Made by a program: the position numbers and the translations under genes. Below the pieces are notes generated by a model, which made no database searches, was not told where the DNA came from, and was given only the letters and a program-made list of their open reading frames with translations. This document shows, piece after piece, positions 18,178-28,626 of a stretch of 64,000 nucleotides of DNA (position 1 is its first letter; every line of letters begins with the position of its first letter). Source of the DNA: Halobacteriovoraceae bacterium (lineage in GTDB: Bacteria; Bdellovibrionota; Bacteriovoracia; Bacteriovoracales; Bacteriovoracaceae); contig CAVRCF010000005.1 of NCBI GenBank assembly GCA_963719505.1, positions 448,001-512,000 on the forward strand. Direction: 5' to 3'.

Positions 18178-19797
18178 TTAAAGGTTGTCTTTAATTCTAG
18201 CACAAATTCCACTAAATCCTTGGCAAGATACAGCAGTTGTACCTGAGTGGCAGCTAACTCTATAGGTTGTTAAACTCACAGGTCTCGATTCTCTTATATG
18301 TTGAGCACTAAACCCCGTTGCAACTGGGCCACCTGATATCAATCTAAAGTTAGGATTTGAACAATAACAATCTGTATACTGACTTCCTCCACCATTAGAA
18401 CAAACAATACCATTTGCTCCACCAGCTGAACCTGAAAATGAAGATAAGGTAACATCAGTAAAGTATTGATCTACGTGAAGCGAACCTTTAACTTTTAACT
18501 CTCCATCAAAAGTTGCAATCGACCCACTATCAACAGTAGTTTTTGACAAATAGAAGTTACTGCCACTATTTGATGCACCCATTGCGAAGCGATACCCGCC
18601 TGCAAAAGCTCCAGTAAATTGTCTATCTCCAGTGGAAGCTTGAATACTTAAAGCAGTATTGGTAGAACCAATCCCTACACCAGCCATAAAAGATTGATTA
18701 TTGTTAATAGCAATCCCCGATCCAAAAGCATGGTTGTGCTCACCAACTATTGAAACATTTTGCCCTGAAACAAGATTATACCCACCTTCTATACTAGAGT
18801 CATTAGCTGCTATTGCTACTGACTTAGTCCCGCTTATGAAATTTGCATTTCTAGAATTTATAGCAACACCGTCTGCGCCGACACCACCAATCGTCCCACC
18901 AGACCGAATAGATGTCAGAAAATTTGATTGAGACAAATTATTACAACTTTCAAACCCCCTATTGGCATTACCATTTGATCCATTAAAGAGTACAAAACAA
19001 TTGTTTGCATCTTCAGTCATCATGATGTTTGGACCAATTTGAATACCTTCATTTATATTTTCAATTCTTAAAGCTGTATCTATTCCAGATCCAAGCCAAT
19101 TAGTTGGAGCAGCTTCACTGATTTGTAATTTACCAAGAGAAGGGTTTAAACTTGCACCTATTAAAACGTTCCTAGTGCTTGCTATATACTCAGGAGTTGC
19201 AGAGTAAGCATGCGACCATAAACTATCTTGAACACCGCCTGAAGCTTGGCAAGACATCAAGTTTTGAGTGGTACCAGGATTATCAACTCTACATTTCAGA
19301 GGAATAGTGATTGTTCTCGAGTCAGCTCCAAAACTAGATTCACTATTTTTCCTAGAAACTTGTATCTGCAGAGGACAGTCACCGACTGATCCTCCATCTG
19401 AATCGTCATAAGCTTGATGTCTTACACTGGTGATCTCCAAATGAGGACCTAGAGACTTTCCAACGAGGGCAACTTCTCTAGAGCTTGAACCAATAACTCC
19501 ACCTTGGGAATCTCTCGTCACACCATATATAGATACATCTCTAGCAGAAACTAGTGACGTGCCGGAACCACCTAAAACTTGAGTACAAGAATCGGCTCCA
19601 CTAAGTATTGGCATAAGTTCGGTTTGTTGCCACATTCTTAAATCAATATCACTAGCTACTTTGTTTAAACCTTTTTGACCAGTCTGATTGGTCTTCATTA
19701 TCCCTAAAGAAATAATGACTGAGATCGCGGCAGCTGCCGTTACCTCAATAAGAGAAACACCTGACTGGTTTGAAAGTAATTTTTTAAAGTTTTTCAT
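18178..19797 (-). CDS. Prepilin-type N-terminal protein with Gly/Ser-rich fibre/adhesin-like C-terminus (paralog A)
   Basis: SG-VSLIEV class III signal with E5; beta-roll-like repeats; Cys-rich tip. Confidence 0.7.
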   Translation of the reverse strand: MKNFKKLLSNQSGVSLIEVTAAAAISVIISLGIMKTNQTGQKGLNKVASDIDLRMWQQTELMPILSGADSCTQVLGGSGTSLVSARDVSIYGVTRDSQGGVIGSSSREVALVGKSLGPHLEITSVRHQAYDDSDGGSVGDCPLQIQVSRKNSESSFGADSRTITIPLKCRVDNPGTTQNLMSCQASGGVQDSLWSHAYSATPEYIASTRNVLIGASLNPSLGKLQISEAAPTNWLGSGIDTALRIENINEGIQIGPNIMMTEDANNCFVLFNGSNGNANRGFESCNNLSQSNFLTSIRSGGTIGGVGADGVAINSRNANFISGTKSVAIAANDSSIEGGYNLVSGQNVSIVGEHNHAFGSGIAINNNQSFMAGVGIGSTNTALSIQASTGDRQFTGAFAGGYRFAMGASNSGSNFYLSKTTVDSGSIATFDGELKVKGSLHVDQYFTDVTLSSFSGSAGGANGIVCSNGGGSQYTDCYCSNPNFRLISGGPVATGFSAQHIRESRPVSLTTYRVSCHSGTTAVSCQGFSGICARIKDNL

Positions 19798-19935
19798 TTA
19801 AAGATTCCTTGCGTGTATCTTTGAATATTGTAACCCACATGCAAATTTTGGTTAAATTTATCCCCTACAAAGAGCTAAGTTACTGATAAGTAAAAAGTAG
19901 CATCCTCATAAAATTGGCATTTTGAGTTTTATCTT

Positions 19936-19962
19936 TAATCGGATGTTTTAAAGAAAAACTTA
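19936..19962 (-). promoter_or_regulatory. Sigma-28-like promoter upstream of paralog A
   Basis: TAAGTTTT-N11-TCCGATTA on the minus strand. Confidence 0.5.
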
Positions 19963-19978
19963 ATTGTATTTACAAACT

Positions 19979-21712
19979 TTACATTCTTGGAGTTCCTTGA
20001 ATAAAGTTTATTGAGTCTCCACTTTGAAAGTCATTCCAAGAAGCATCATCCGAAGCTTTTATCTCAATAGTATTGTTTCCATCTTGATCAGCAACGAGCA
20101 TTTTAATTGGAGTACCCGCCTTGTTGACATAAACAGCTGAAACGATTTCAGATGAATCCATAAAGTAACTTCTAAAACTTACTCGAAGTCTAAAGTGAGC
20201 CCCACTGACTCGCCCTTGAGCTGCAACAACAACCGATTGACCAAGGTCACTTTCATCTTTTGTCATCATGACTTTTGTCCCACCCACAGACCAATTTGTT
20301 CCGTCATAGTTAAGCTGAAAAGCAATAAGTCTAGTGAACTCAGAGTATATTTGTTCTCCACCACCTGGACTTTTCCAAGAGGTACCATCACAAAATTCAA
20401 GTTGCTTGTCTGTCGAATTATAACGAGTTGTCCCCTCTATACTTGCCGAACAAGCCGTCGCAACATCGCCAAGCTTGACCCCACCGTTTGCCACAATACT
20501 TTTCTCTGTTCGAAGACTACCGCCGCTGTCAATTTCTAAAATATCAGAAGCCGTGGGCCCTGTAATAAATCTAAAGCCATTATCAAAAAGAGCGGTAAAT
20601 TGATTTGTTGTTGTCGAGCGATAAACAGAAAGACCAGTGGAAGATCCCACAACCATTGACTTACTATGGGCAACCTCTACACCTGAACCGATCGCATGCG
20701 AGTTTGCAGCTAATGCATTAACATTTTGACCAGCGGCTAATGAGTAACTTCCCGAAACAGAAGCATCTGAGCCCCCTAATATGACTGAGTTCAGAGAGTT
20801 TGCAGAAAAATTGGCCATGGTCGAGGAGATACTTACAGTATTGGATGTCCCTGTCGCACAGTGCTTTAACCCAGAATCAAGCTTCGTTCCATCACTTGCG
20901 CTTGAGATATTAAAACATCCATCAGAGTCAGCATAGAGAGCTTCGTTATCAGCAAAAACAAAGGCATCTCCAAGGTTGGTTATTCTCATTGAGGTTTTTA
21001 CACCGGTACCGGCTGAGGGAAAATCGAGTCCACTATTTCCAGTGACTTCAAATTTCGATTTAATAATTTGGTTCTTATCTCCCACAACCACATTGCCATT
21101 ATTGAAAATATATCCAGCCTCAGTTCCTGTTGCGACCTGTTGCATCCACATTGTATCCGAGCCGTCAGATGTTATGGTACAAGAAGCCAAGGTATCATCT
21201 GTCCTTTTAGAACATATAGCAGGTATATTGAGTTTTTTAATATCATTACCAAAGGCTTTTTTGGTTCTTCTTACATAGATAGAAAGCGTACACCGACCAT
21301 TGAGAGAGCCCACACTATCTTCTGAAAAAGAAGAAAGGGCGACGATATTATCAACCCCAGGGTCTGAGGCTTCTGCAAGTTGCCAAGAACCCGATGTACC
21401 GTCAAGCAGCTGACCAGAGGTGAAGACAGCATTTCCATCTTTATCGATAATATCCGTTCTCGTTTGAATATTATTAACATTTCCAGGAAAGTTTAAACGA
21501 CATGTCTCGGGGTCTCCTAAATATCTCATTAGGTTATTAACCTGCCAAAGTTTTATATCTAAGTCTGTGGTGACTTTCGTCATCCCCTTTTGACCAGTTT
21601 CATTTGTTTTCATAATTCCCAATGAAATAATAACTGAGATAGCAGCAGCCGCCGTAACTTCAATTAAAGAGACACCTGATTGATTCGACAATAAATCTCT
21701 GAGATTTTTCAT
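19979..21712 (-). CDS. Prepilin-type N-terminal protein with fibre/adhesin-like C-terminus (paralog B)
   Basis: Same N-terminus as paralog A; YadA-head-like repeats (SLAAGQNVNA, SHAIGSGVEV); C...EGTTRYNSTDKQLEFCDGTSWK fibre knuckle. Confidence 0.72.
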   Translation of the reverse strand: MKNLRDLLSNQSGVSLIEVTAAAAISVIISLGIMKTNETGQKGMTKVTTDLDIKLWQVNNLMRYLGDPETCRLNFPGNVNNIQTRTDIIDKDGNAVFTSGQLLDGTSGSWQLAEASDPGVDNIVALSSFSEDSVGSLNGRCTLSIYVRRTKKAFGNDIKKLNIPAICSKRTDDTLASCTITSDGSDTMWMQQVATGTEAGYIFNNGNVVVGDKNQIIKSKFEVTGNSGLDFPSAGTGVKTSMRITNLGDAFVFADNEALYADSDGCFNISSASDGTKLDSGLKHCATGTSNTVSISSTMANFSANSLNSVILGGSDASVSGSYSLAAGQNVNALAANSHAIGSGVEVAHSKSMVVGSSTGLSVYRSTTTNQFTALFDNGFRFITGPTASDILEIDSGGSLRTEKSIVANGGVKLGDVATACSASIEGTTRYNSTDKQLEFCDGTSWKSPGGGEQIYSEFTRLIAFQLNYDGTNWSVGGTKVMMTKDESDLGQSVVVAAQGRVSGAHFRLRVSFRSYFMDSSEIVSAVYVNKAGTPIKMLVADQDGNNTIEIKASDDASWNDFQSGDSINFIQGTPRM

Positions 21713-21863
21713 TTTTTCCTTCCATTAATGTTTCTTAACTATTCTAAGTCATTGCTAAAAAGATGTTGTTTAATCAACACTAGAAAACATAACTAATTGA
21801 TAGTTGGAAAAGTTCTGCCCATTTAAATTGGCAAGACTGAAAATTTTAAGATAATTTATCAAA

Positions 21864-22301
21864 ATGACTCAAGCTGAAATTTTTTATAACAAAATTATTG
21901 AACAGTTCAATAGACTTCAAATTACTGTCGAGACTCAATTTCAAAGAGATCCAAAACTCTCTGGAAAAAGCCTCCTCCTTAAAGACAAAGAAGGCTTTCG
22001 CCTTTTCACCATTAGAGGAGATCGGAAAACGGACAATAAAAAAATTCGAAAAATTTTAAATTCACAAAAACTCAGAATTGCCACAGATGAGGAATTATTA
22101 GCAAAGGCGGGGGTTGTCTCAGGAAGCCTTCCCCCTTTTGGTAGACCCCTACTAGATGTGGATCACTATATTGACGAGGAACTTCTTTTGAATGAATTCA
22201 TTTGTTTTAACGCAGCAATTACCGACAAAAAGGTTCGGATAAGAATGGAAGATTATCTAAAAATGGTAAATCCTTCTGTTTGTGAATTCAAAAAAATTTG
22301 A
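21864..22301 (+). CDS. YbaK/ProX-type aminoacyl-tRNA deacylase
   Basis: KSLLL, LRIAT.EE, GSLPPFG, FNAA. Confidence 0.8.
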   Translation: MTQAEIFYNKIIEQFNRLQITVETQFQRDPKLSGKSLLLKDKEGFRLFTIRGDRKTDNKKIRKILNSQKLRIATDEELLAKAGVVSGSLPPFGRPLLDVDHYIDEELLLNEFICFNAAITDKKVRIRMEDYLKMVNPSVCEFKKI

Positions 22302-22325
22302 TAAAATAGGGCAAAGGTAGGGAAA

Positions 22326-22682
22326 ATGTATTTAAAAGTTAATAACGCAGACAAAGACTATTACTATAAATTTGAAGACACAAAAACCATCACAATTGGT
22401 AGATCTGATAAAAATGATATTCCTCTTACGGCCGAAGGAGTTTCAAGGAATCACCTTGAGGTTATCTTCGAAAACGGAGAATATTTCGTTAAAGATCTGG
22501 GGGCAACAAACGGTTCATTTATTAATGAACAAAAATTAGAGCCCAATACGAAAATATCCTTCAATACATTTTTTCCAGTTCAACTGGGCTTTCATGCAAA
22601 GCTTTATCTTCTAGATGAAGCAGGAAGCATAGACTCTTTAAATAAACTAGTAAAAGAGACAAAAGAGCTTCTAAGCAACTAA
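22326..22682 (+). CDS. Stand-alone FHA-domain protein
   Basis: IGRS, VSRNH, DLGATNGSF: the canonical FHA residues. Confidence 0.88.
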   Translation: MYLKVNNADKDYYYKFEDTKTITIGRSDKNDIPLTAEGVSRNHLEVIFENGEYFVKDLGATNGSFINEQKLEPNTKISFNTFFPVQLGFHAKLYLLDEAGSIDSLNKLVKETKELLSN

Positions 22683-22756
22683 ATTTATGTCCCCCTTTAA
22701 TTAATAAAAAATATTTAAATTCCGACAAGGTGGTATAATGGTTTAAAGGGGATTAC

Positions 22757-25700
22757 TTGACCAAAATACTTATCTTACTTCTATTCATCGTTGGGTGTAA
22801 TCAGCAAAAGGTTGTTGACGGTACTACCCAAAAAGAACAGCTCGATAGTATTGGCTCTCAACTTCAGTTCTCTTTGGACCCATCTGTGAGCTACTCCACC
22901 AATACCTCTACGACATTAGTGGCACTTAATACACAAACTGGAACAAAGCTAAGTATTTATTCAGACTCTCAATGTGAAAATGAACTTGAGACCAAAACTG
23001 TCTTGGGCAAAGTGACCAGATTTAATTTTAATTTCTCAGGAGATCAAACCATTGTCTTTTACTTTCGAGTCGTTGATATTGATTTTAAAAAAAGCGGATG
23101 CCTCTATACAAAAGCATTTTATACAATTGATAATATGCCACCTTTGGGTCCTTTGTCTGTCTCAACCTCTCAGTCTGTGGGAATTAACCCCAGACCGAGT
23201 TTTTCAATTTTTGGTATCGAATCCGGAGATAAACTTACTCTTTTCTCTGATCTAACCTGTTCATTTAAACTTGGACAGATTAATGCAAATGGATCAAGTG
23301 CTCTTTTGATTCCAACAAAAGATCTTCCCGATGATGGCCAATATGATTTTTACTATAGGATTGAAGATAGAGCCGGAAATATTAAAACTCAGATGGGATC
23401 AACTTGTCTAAGCGCTGCAAGCTCATATCTTTACGATACCACGGCACCTTCACTTCCAAGCTCAATTGCCTTCAATGGAAACGATGCTATAGACCGCGAA
23501 ACTATTATTGACTTGGATTTTCAAAACTCTGAAAGTGATTTAGAAGTTAGACTCTATACCAACAGTAGTTGTACTATCGGTGGCTTTACATCGGGATACT
23601 CTGTCACAAATAATTTAAGTGTGAGTTTTAACTTCTCAACTTTTATCTCAGACAGAAGTTATACTCTTTATTATAAAATAAGAGACCGAGCAGGAAATTA
23701 TCTTTTCCAAAACAATTCAAATTGTATTAACTCCAATCTTACCTACTACTATGATATTGGTGCTCCACAGACTCCAGTTCTTACCAATAAAACTAAAAAG
23801 TCTGCTTTAGTCGGTGGTGTTCCAACACTTGTGAACTATCCGCCAATTGGAGAGCGAAAGGAATTAACAATTGAAGGTTCTGGTCTTGAGGTCGGAACAA
23901 CTGTTCAAATATTCCCCTACACCAGCTGCTCGGGAGCCCCTCTTTTAACAGCTCAGGTTACGGATGATACCGAGAACTTTAACATCTCACTTCCAAATGG
24001 AGACAATTATCAGCTGTCTGCCAAGCTAGAAGACACTGCGGGAAATATAAGTAGTTGTTCTAATCAAATCGAATACGAATACAAAGAAGTAAAACAAATA
24101 GCACTGGGCCTTCATCATAGTTGTGTTCACTTCTATGACGGCGAAACATATTGCTTTGGAAGAAACCATAAAGGCCAACTTGGTCTAGGGACAGTGAGTA
24201 ATTTTGAAAAGACTCCAAAGAAAGTTTCACTTCCCATAGACACTCAAAGTGTATCCACTGGTCTAAACCATACCTGTCACCTTGATACATCTGGAGATGT
24301 TTGGTGTTCTGGTGATAATAAGTTTTCTCAAGTCGGACTTCCACAGACGACAACAAATATTTATTCAACTCCAACTCTTACAGAGTCAGGACAAAACTTT
24401 ACCTTTTTGACGTCTGGAGACAATCATAACTGTGGAATTAATTCACTAGGGAATCTTTTATGCTTTGGTAGCAACTCACACGGCCAGGTTGGAGATCTTG
24501 CTTTTGGTACAAATATTGAGGCTGCACAAACCGGCCAACTTGGTCCTTTAACTAATATTGTCGATATCTCCTTAGGTGGTGCTCACAGTTGTGTGACAAA
24601 CAGTACCGGTTCCATTAGCTGCTTTGGTCAAAATTTTTCAGGACAATCTGGCAGCGACTTTGGTAACCCCAACAATCAATTCTACGCTGATCCTGTGACA
24701 GTTCCAACATTTGAATCAACTCAATTGTCTCTGGGAACTAATACAAGCTGTTTTATTCAAGAGACAACATCACAAGTTTTATGCTTCGGAGACGGACAAA
24801 AAAACAAACTCGGTGATGCCACACAGATAGACTCCTTTACTCCAAAACAAATAGCTGATTCTTCAAGCTTTTCAACTGTTTCTTCTGGAAATGACAAGAC
24901 CTGTATCACTAATACTGACAATGAGGTCTTCTGTTTTGGAAATGGTCAAAACGGTGTTGAAAAAATTATGACAAATTTAAAATTTGAAAACTATCATGTT
25001 GGTCACTCTCACGACTGTGGTATTTCAAAGACAGGAGAAGTGTTCTGTCGAGGTTCAAATAATTTTGGACAATTGGGAACTCCACTTTCTTCAAGTTCTA
25101 CAGACTTCTCTATAGTGGACTTTGCTTTTGACCAAGCAAGTATTCTTTTCCTAGATGCTCCACTTGTTAGTATAAATACTCAAAGCACGCCACTTGAATT
25201 CGATAATGATTTAGGAGTTTACAACTCAAAGACGATAACAATTCGGATAAAAAATAATGGTGATGGTGAGGCTTTAAATATTGAAACTAATATTTTATCA
25301 CTGAGCGAGTTTACTATCACTTCCGATACCTGTTCTCCAAGCTTGTCTTCTTTGGCCTCCTGTGAAATTGATCTCATCTATACTCCGACTCAATCGTACC
25401 CCAATGGGAAGGACTACACTTTAAATATGACCTACAACGATGTGGTTGGAGCGAAGCAAAGTGCTATAAACTTTAGGGCTTATTCTATAAGAGCTTTAAA
25501 AGATCTAGACTTTACTTTAGGTGGAAATCCCATAAGTTCAGTTATTGAGTTTAATGACAACTCGTCACCACTGAGTGCAAATCAAGCAGAAACACTGTCG
25601 AGACTTCTCACGATCCAAAATAATTCGACAGTCAATATGCAAATTGAGCAAGCATCATTCTTTGGTGACGATGGTGTTCATTTTAGCTATAGTGGTGGAT

Positions 25701-26290
25701 TCCCAGGTCAAAATGGAACATGTTCAGGCGTTATTCCCCCTGGAGAAAGTTGTCTCATAGACATAACCTATTCACCAAAATTGGCCTCTATGACTCCTCC
25801 AGATTCGAGTCATCAAAGCTCACTGAGACTGCTTATAAGACAAGGACAGCTTCTCACAAATAGCGATCTTGCCCTCAAAGGCTTTGCCGTTATGCAATCC
25901 CCACAGATTAATGCCTATTCTGACAACGCACTTATTTCAACACTTTTTAACCTCAATAATTTTGGCTCCGCCATCGTCGCTATAACTTCAGCGACATTAC
26001 AAGGGGAAATTACCTTCAAAAATGAAGGGACTGAAAAAGCGGTGATTTCGTCGATGACAACAGTTGACTCTTTAGCTCAGTTTAATATTCTTTCGAACAC
26101 TTGCCAAAATTCTCTCGTCCTAGATATTAATGAAAGTTGTTCCGTTGTGGTCCAGTATGATCCCACAGTTGTCTCCCCCATTACAGGACACCTATTTATC
26201 ATACCTCTGGTTTACAATAACCAAGCCCTCCCACTAGATCCACAGCGTACAACCACTGTAGAAGTAAAGGCATTTGCTCGAAGCCCATAG
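22757..26290 (+). CDS. Large lipoprotein with Ig-like repeats, RCC1 beta-propeller and ASH/Ig-like C-terminal domains
   Basis: Lipobox-like IVGC; repeated D(R/T)AGN; ~7 RCC1 repeats (CFGxNxxGQLG); three C-terminal (T)C...L/I...SCx(I/V)xxxYxP units. Confidence 0.8.
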   Translation: MTKILILLLFIVGCNQQKVVDGTTQKEQLDSIGSQLQFSLDPSVSYSTNTSTTLVALNTQTGTKLSIYSDSQCENELETKTVLGKVTRFNFNFSGDQTIVFYFRVVDIDFKKSGCLYTKAFYTIDNMPPLGPLSVSTSQSVGINPRPSFSIFGIESGDKLTLFSDLTCSFKLGQINANGSSALLIPTKDLPDDGQYDFYYRIEDRAGNIKTQMGSTCLSAASSYLYDTTAPSLPSSIAFNGNDAIDRETIIDLDFQNSESDLEVRLYTNSSCTIGGFTSGYSVTNNLSVSFNFSTFISDRSYTLYYKIRDRAGNYLFQNNSNCINSNLTYYYDIGAPQTPVLTNKTKKSALVGGVPTLVNYPPIGERKELTIEGSGLEVGTTVQIFPYTSCSGAPLLTAQVTDDTENFNISLPNGDNYQLSAKLEDTAGNISSCSNQIEYEYKEVKQIALGLHHSCVHFYDGETYCFGRNHKGQLGLGTVSNFEKTPKKVSLPIDTQSVSTGLNHTCHLDTSGDVWCSGDNKFSQVGLPQTTTNIYSTPTLTESGQNFTFLTSGDNHNCGINSLGNLLCFGSNSHGQVGDLAFGTNIEAAQTGQLGPLTNIVDISLGGAHSCVTNSTGSISCFGQNFSGQSGSDFGNPNNQFYADPVTVPTFESTQLSLGTNTSCFIQETTSQVLCFGDGQKNKLGDATQIDSFTPKQIADSSSFSTVSSGNDKTCITNTDNEVFCFGNGQNGVEKIMTNLKFENYHVGHSHDCGISKTGEVFCRGSNNFGQLGTPLSSSSTDFSIVDFAFDQASILFLDAPLVSINTQSTPLEFDNDLGVYNSKTITIRIKNNGDGEALNIETNILSLSEFTITSDTCSPSLSSLASCEIDLIYTPTQSYPNGKDYTLNMTYNDVVGAKQSAINFRAYSIRALKDLDFTLGGNPISSVIEFNDNSSPLSANQAETLSRLLTIQNNSTVNMQIEQASFFGDDGVHFSYSGGFPGQNGTCSGVIPPGESCLIDITYSPKLASMTPPDSSHQSSLRLLIRQGQLLTNSDLALKGFAVMQSPQINAYSDNALISTLFNLNNFGSAIVAITSATLQGEITFKNEGTEKAVISSMTTVDSLAQFNILSNTCQNSLVLDINESCSVVVQYDPTVVSPITGHLFIIPLVYNNQALPLDPQRTTTVEVKAFARSP

Positions 26291-27395
26291 TTTGCTGTAC
26301 TATGAGATTATGAAAATGGAAAAGTCTTTTCCGGACATAGTCGTGAACTCAAACCACTGCTTCTCCAATAAGTTATTTTATCAACACCTAGAAAGATGCA
26401 ATCTTCTCACTGGTCAAACAGGTTGGGACCCCATCTATTTTAGTCGAGAAAAATCGGTTTTACCTGGTTTTATCAAAAGTCACAGCTACGGTGAATTTAT
26501 TTTTGATTGGGCTTGGGCGAATTTTTATGCTCGTTTTGGCATAAATTACTACCCAAAACTAGTTCACTGCACACCTTTTACCCCAGTTAATGCTCCAAAA
26601 ATTATCGGAGAAAATTGTCCTCAACTCTTCCAAGATAGTTTTGACTTTTACCAACAACAACCCGCTCTTTCAGGAGAACACTACCTTTTCATCTCCGATG
26701 AAGAAGAAGAAATACTCAAAAGTCTAAATTTTAAAATTATGAAGACCATTCAATACCACTTTATTAACAAGTGGGAATCCTTTGATGCCTTTTTAGAAGA
26801 CTTAAAAAAGGGTCGACGCAAAATGATAAAAAAAGAGAGGCTAAAGGTTGCTCACTCCAAAGTTGAAATTGAATGGCTCAGCGACTATAGTGAGGCCCAA
26901 TTGGATGAGATTTATCTTTTGTACATCTCTACCATTGCAAAAAAGCAATCTCAGGCTTATCTAAATCGAGCCTTTTTTATGGATCTAGGTTATCTTACCA
27001 ATGTTAAAATTTTAGTTGCACGGCTAGATCAAAAAATAATTGCCATGAGTCTTTTTTTTGAATCTTCAAAGGCCCTATACGGTCGCTATTGGGGAATTGA
27101 TCCAAGTATCGAGCACCTCTACCCTTTTCTTCATTTTGAGATGTGTTATTACCGAGGGCTTGATTATATTTTTAAAAAGAATCTCCCGCTTTTTGAAGCC
27201 GGTGCACAGGGAGAACAAAAGCTTTGGAGAGGATTCACTCCTGTTGTCATTAAGTCAGCTCACCACATCAAAAGAGCTGATCTCTTTGGGCCTATCAAAG
27301 ACTATATAAACGACCAAAATAAAAACACGATCAATGAAATTGAGAATTTAAAAAAATATCTCCCCTTTAAGGAAAAAAATGAAAAAGCTCAATAA
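26274..27395 (+). CDS. FemAB-like GNAT protein (DUF482 family)
   Basis: KSHSYGEFIFDWAWA, YYPKL, PFTPV, LYGRYWG, LHFEMCYY, FEAGAQGEQK; true start probably ~26310. Confidence 0.88.
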   Translation: MLEAHSLLYYEIMKMEKSFPDIVVNSNHCFSNKLFYQHLERCNLLTGQTGWDPIYFSREKSVLPGFIKSHSYGEFIFDWAWANFYARFGINYYPKLVHCTPFTPVNAPKIIGENCPQLFQDSFDFYQQQPALSGEHYLFISDEEEEILKSLNFKIMKTIQYHFINKWESFDAFLEDLKKGRRKMIKKERLKVAHSKVEIEWLSDYSEAQLDEIYLLYISTIAKKQSQAYLNRAFFMDLGYLTNVKILVARLDQKIIAMSLFFESSKALYGRYWGIDPSIEHLYPFLHFEMCYYRGLDYIFKKNLPLFEAGAQGEQKLWRGFTPVVIKSAHHIKRADLFGPIKDYINDQNKNTINEIENLKKYLPFKEKNEKAQ

Positions 27396-28626
27396 GTTAA
27401 AGACGGGTCTTTTTTCTAGAAACTTAGCTTTTGCAAAGATGGCCTCAAAGCTTGGCAAAGATCTCTACCTTTCTAAAAAAGAAGAAGTTTCCGATAAAAT
27501 AATCGAAAGTATCTTTAAACGTGGAGATCTCCTAAAGAATGAGTTAGGTGAACTCAAGGGAAGTTTGTTAAAAGCCGGACAAATGCTATCGATGTATTCA
27601 CAAGACCTTTTACCAAAAGAGTTTAGTCATCTTTTGACTGAACTTCAAAATCAAACCAGCTATCTAGACTTTGAGATTATAAAAAAACAAATTCCTAAAA
27701 ATGCCTTAGAAAATCTCACTATTAATCCCGATGCAATCGCCGCAGCTTCCATAGGGCAAGTTCACAGTGCAACCACCGCCTCTGGGGAAAAACTGGTTTT
27801 AAAAGTACAGTATAAAAATGTTGAAAAACTCATCGATACAGATCTTTGGATTTTAAGAAAGATTCTCTCTCTCCTTAAGGTCGTCCCAAAATCTTATGAC
27901 TTCGATGAAGTCTTTCTTGAGATTAAAAAGATGCTTCTCAATGAAATGGATTACGAGACAGAGGCGAAAAACACGATTCGCTTTAAAGAAATAGCTCACC
28001 CAATGTTCTATGTGCCAAAAGTCTATTTGGAATACAGTAATAAAAAGACACTTGCTCTTGAATTTATAGATGCACCTAGTGTTGATGAGTATCTTGAAGG
28101 TGCCAGTGAGGCTGAAAAAATAAAATTGGCCAAAGATTTTTTCACTCTCTTTCTAAAAGAGATCTACCACTGGAAAATCCTTCAAAGCGATGCCCATGCT
28201 GGAAATTACTTTATCAAAGATGGACGTTGGGTCCTCATTGACTTTGGTGCAACCAAGGAGATAGAAGACGAACTTTATATGTCTCTTATCGACTCTCTTT
28301 TTCTTAGAGACCGCGAAAAGCTTTTCCAAGCACTCAAAGAAAATGGTGCAATAGATCTTGAAAATACTGACTTAGACTATTTTTGGGAATACATAGAACT
28401 CATCTCTACTCCCCTTCAACCAGGTCTTTACAACTGGAAAGAATCCGATATCTTAAAGCAGGTGATGAGTCGAGTTAAGGAGTTACAGACAAAAATAAAA
28501 TTCCATCGACTTCCCCATGAAAATATATTTATCGATAGAAAAATTAGTGGAGTCTATTTTATGCTGACAAAAATTGGTGTCTCAATCGATCTTCATTCGC
28601 TCTTTAAAGACTTCAAACAGCTTTAA
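27379..28626 (+). CDS. AarF/ABC1/UbiB-family atypical kinase
   Basis: LKGSLLKAGQMLS, AAASIGQVH, LKVQY, DAHAGN, IDFG. Confidence 0.9.
   Translation: MKKLNKLKTGLFSRNLAFAKMASKLGKDLYLSKKEEVSDKIIESIFKRGDLLKNELGELKGSLLKAGQMLSMYSQDLLPKEFSHLLTELQNQTSYLDFEIIKKQIPKNALENLTINPDAIAAASIGQVHSATTASGEKLVLKVQYKNVEKLIDTDLWILRKILSLLKVVPKSYDFDEVFLEIKKMLLNEMDYETEAKNTIRFKEIAHPMFYVPKVYLEYSNKKTLALEFIDAPSVDEYLEGASEAEKIKLAKDFFTLFLKEIYHWKILQSDAHAGNYFIKDGRWVLIDFGATKEIEDELYMSLIDSLFLRDREKLFQALKENGAIDLENTDLDYFWEYIELISTPLQPGLYNWKESDILKQVMSRVKELQTKIKFHRLPHENIFIDRKISGVYFMLTKIGVSIDLHSLFKDFKQL

Noticed and set aside
18178-21712. DGR- or shufflon-driven variation of the adhesin pair
   Set aside because: No reverse transcriptase, template/variable repeat pair, adjacent invertase or inverted cassettes seen; N-terminal similarity includes many synonymous differences, indicating an old duplication
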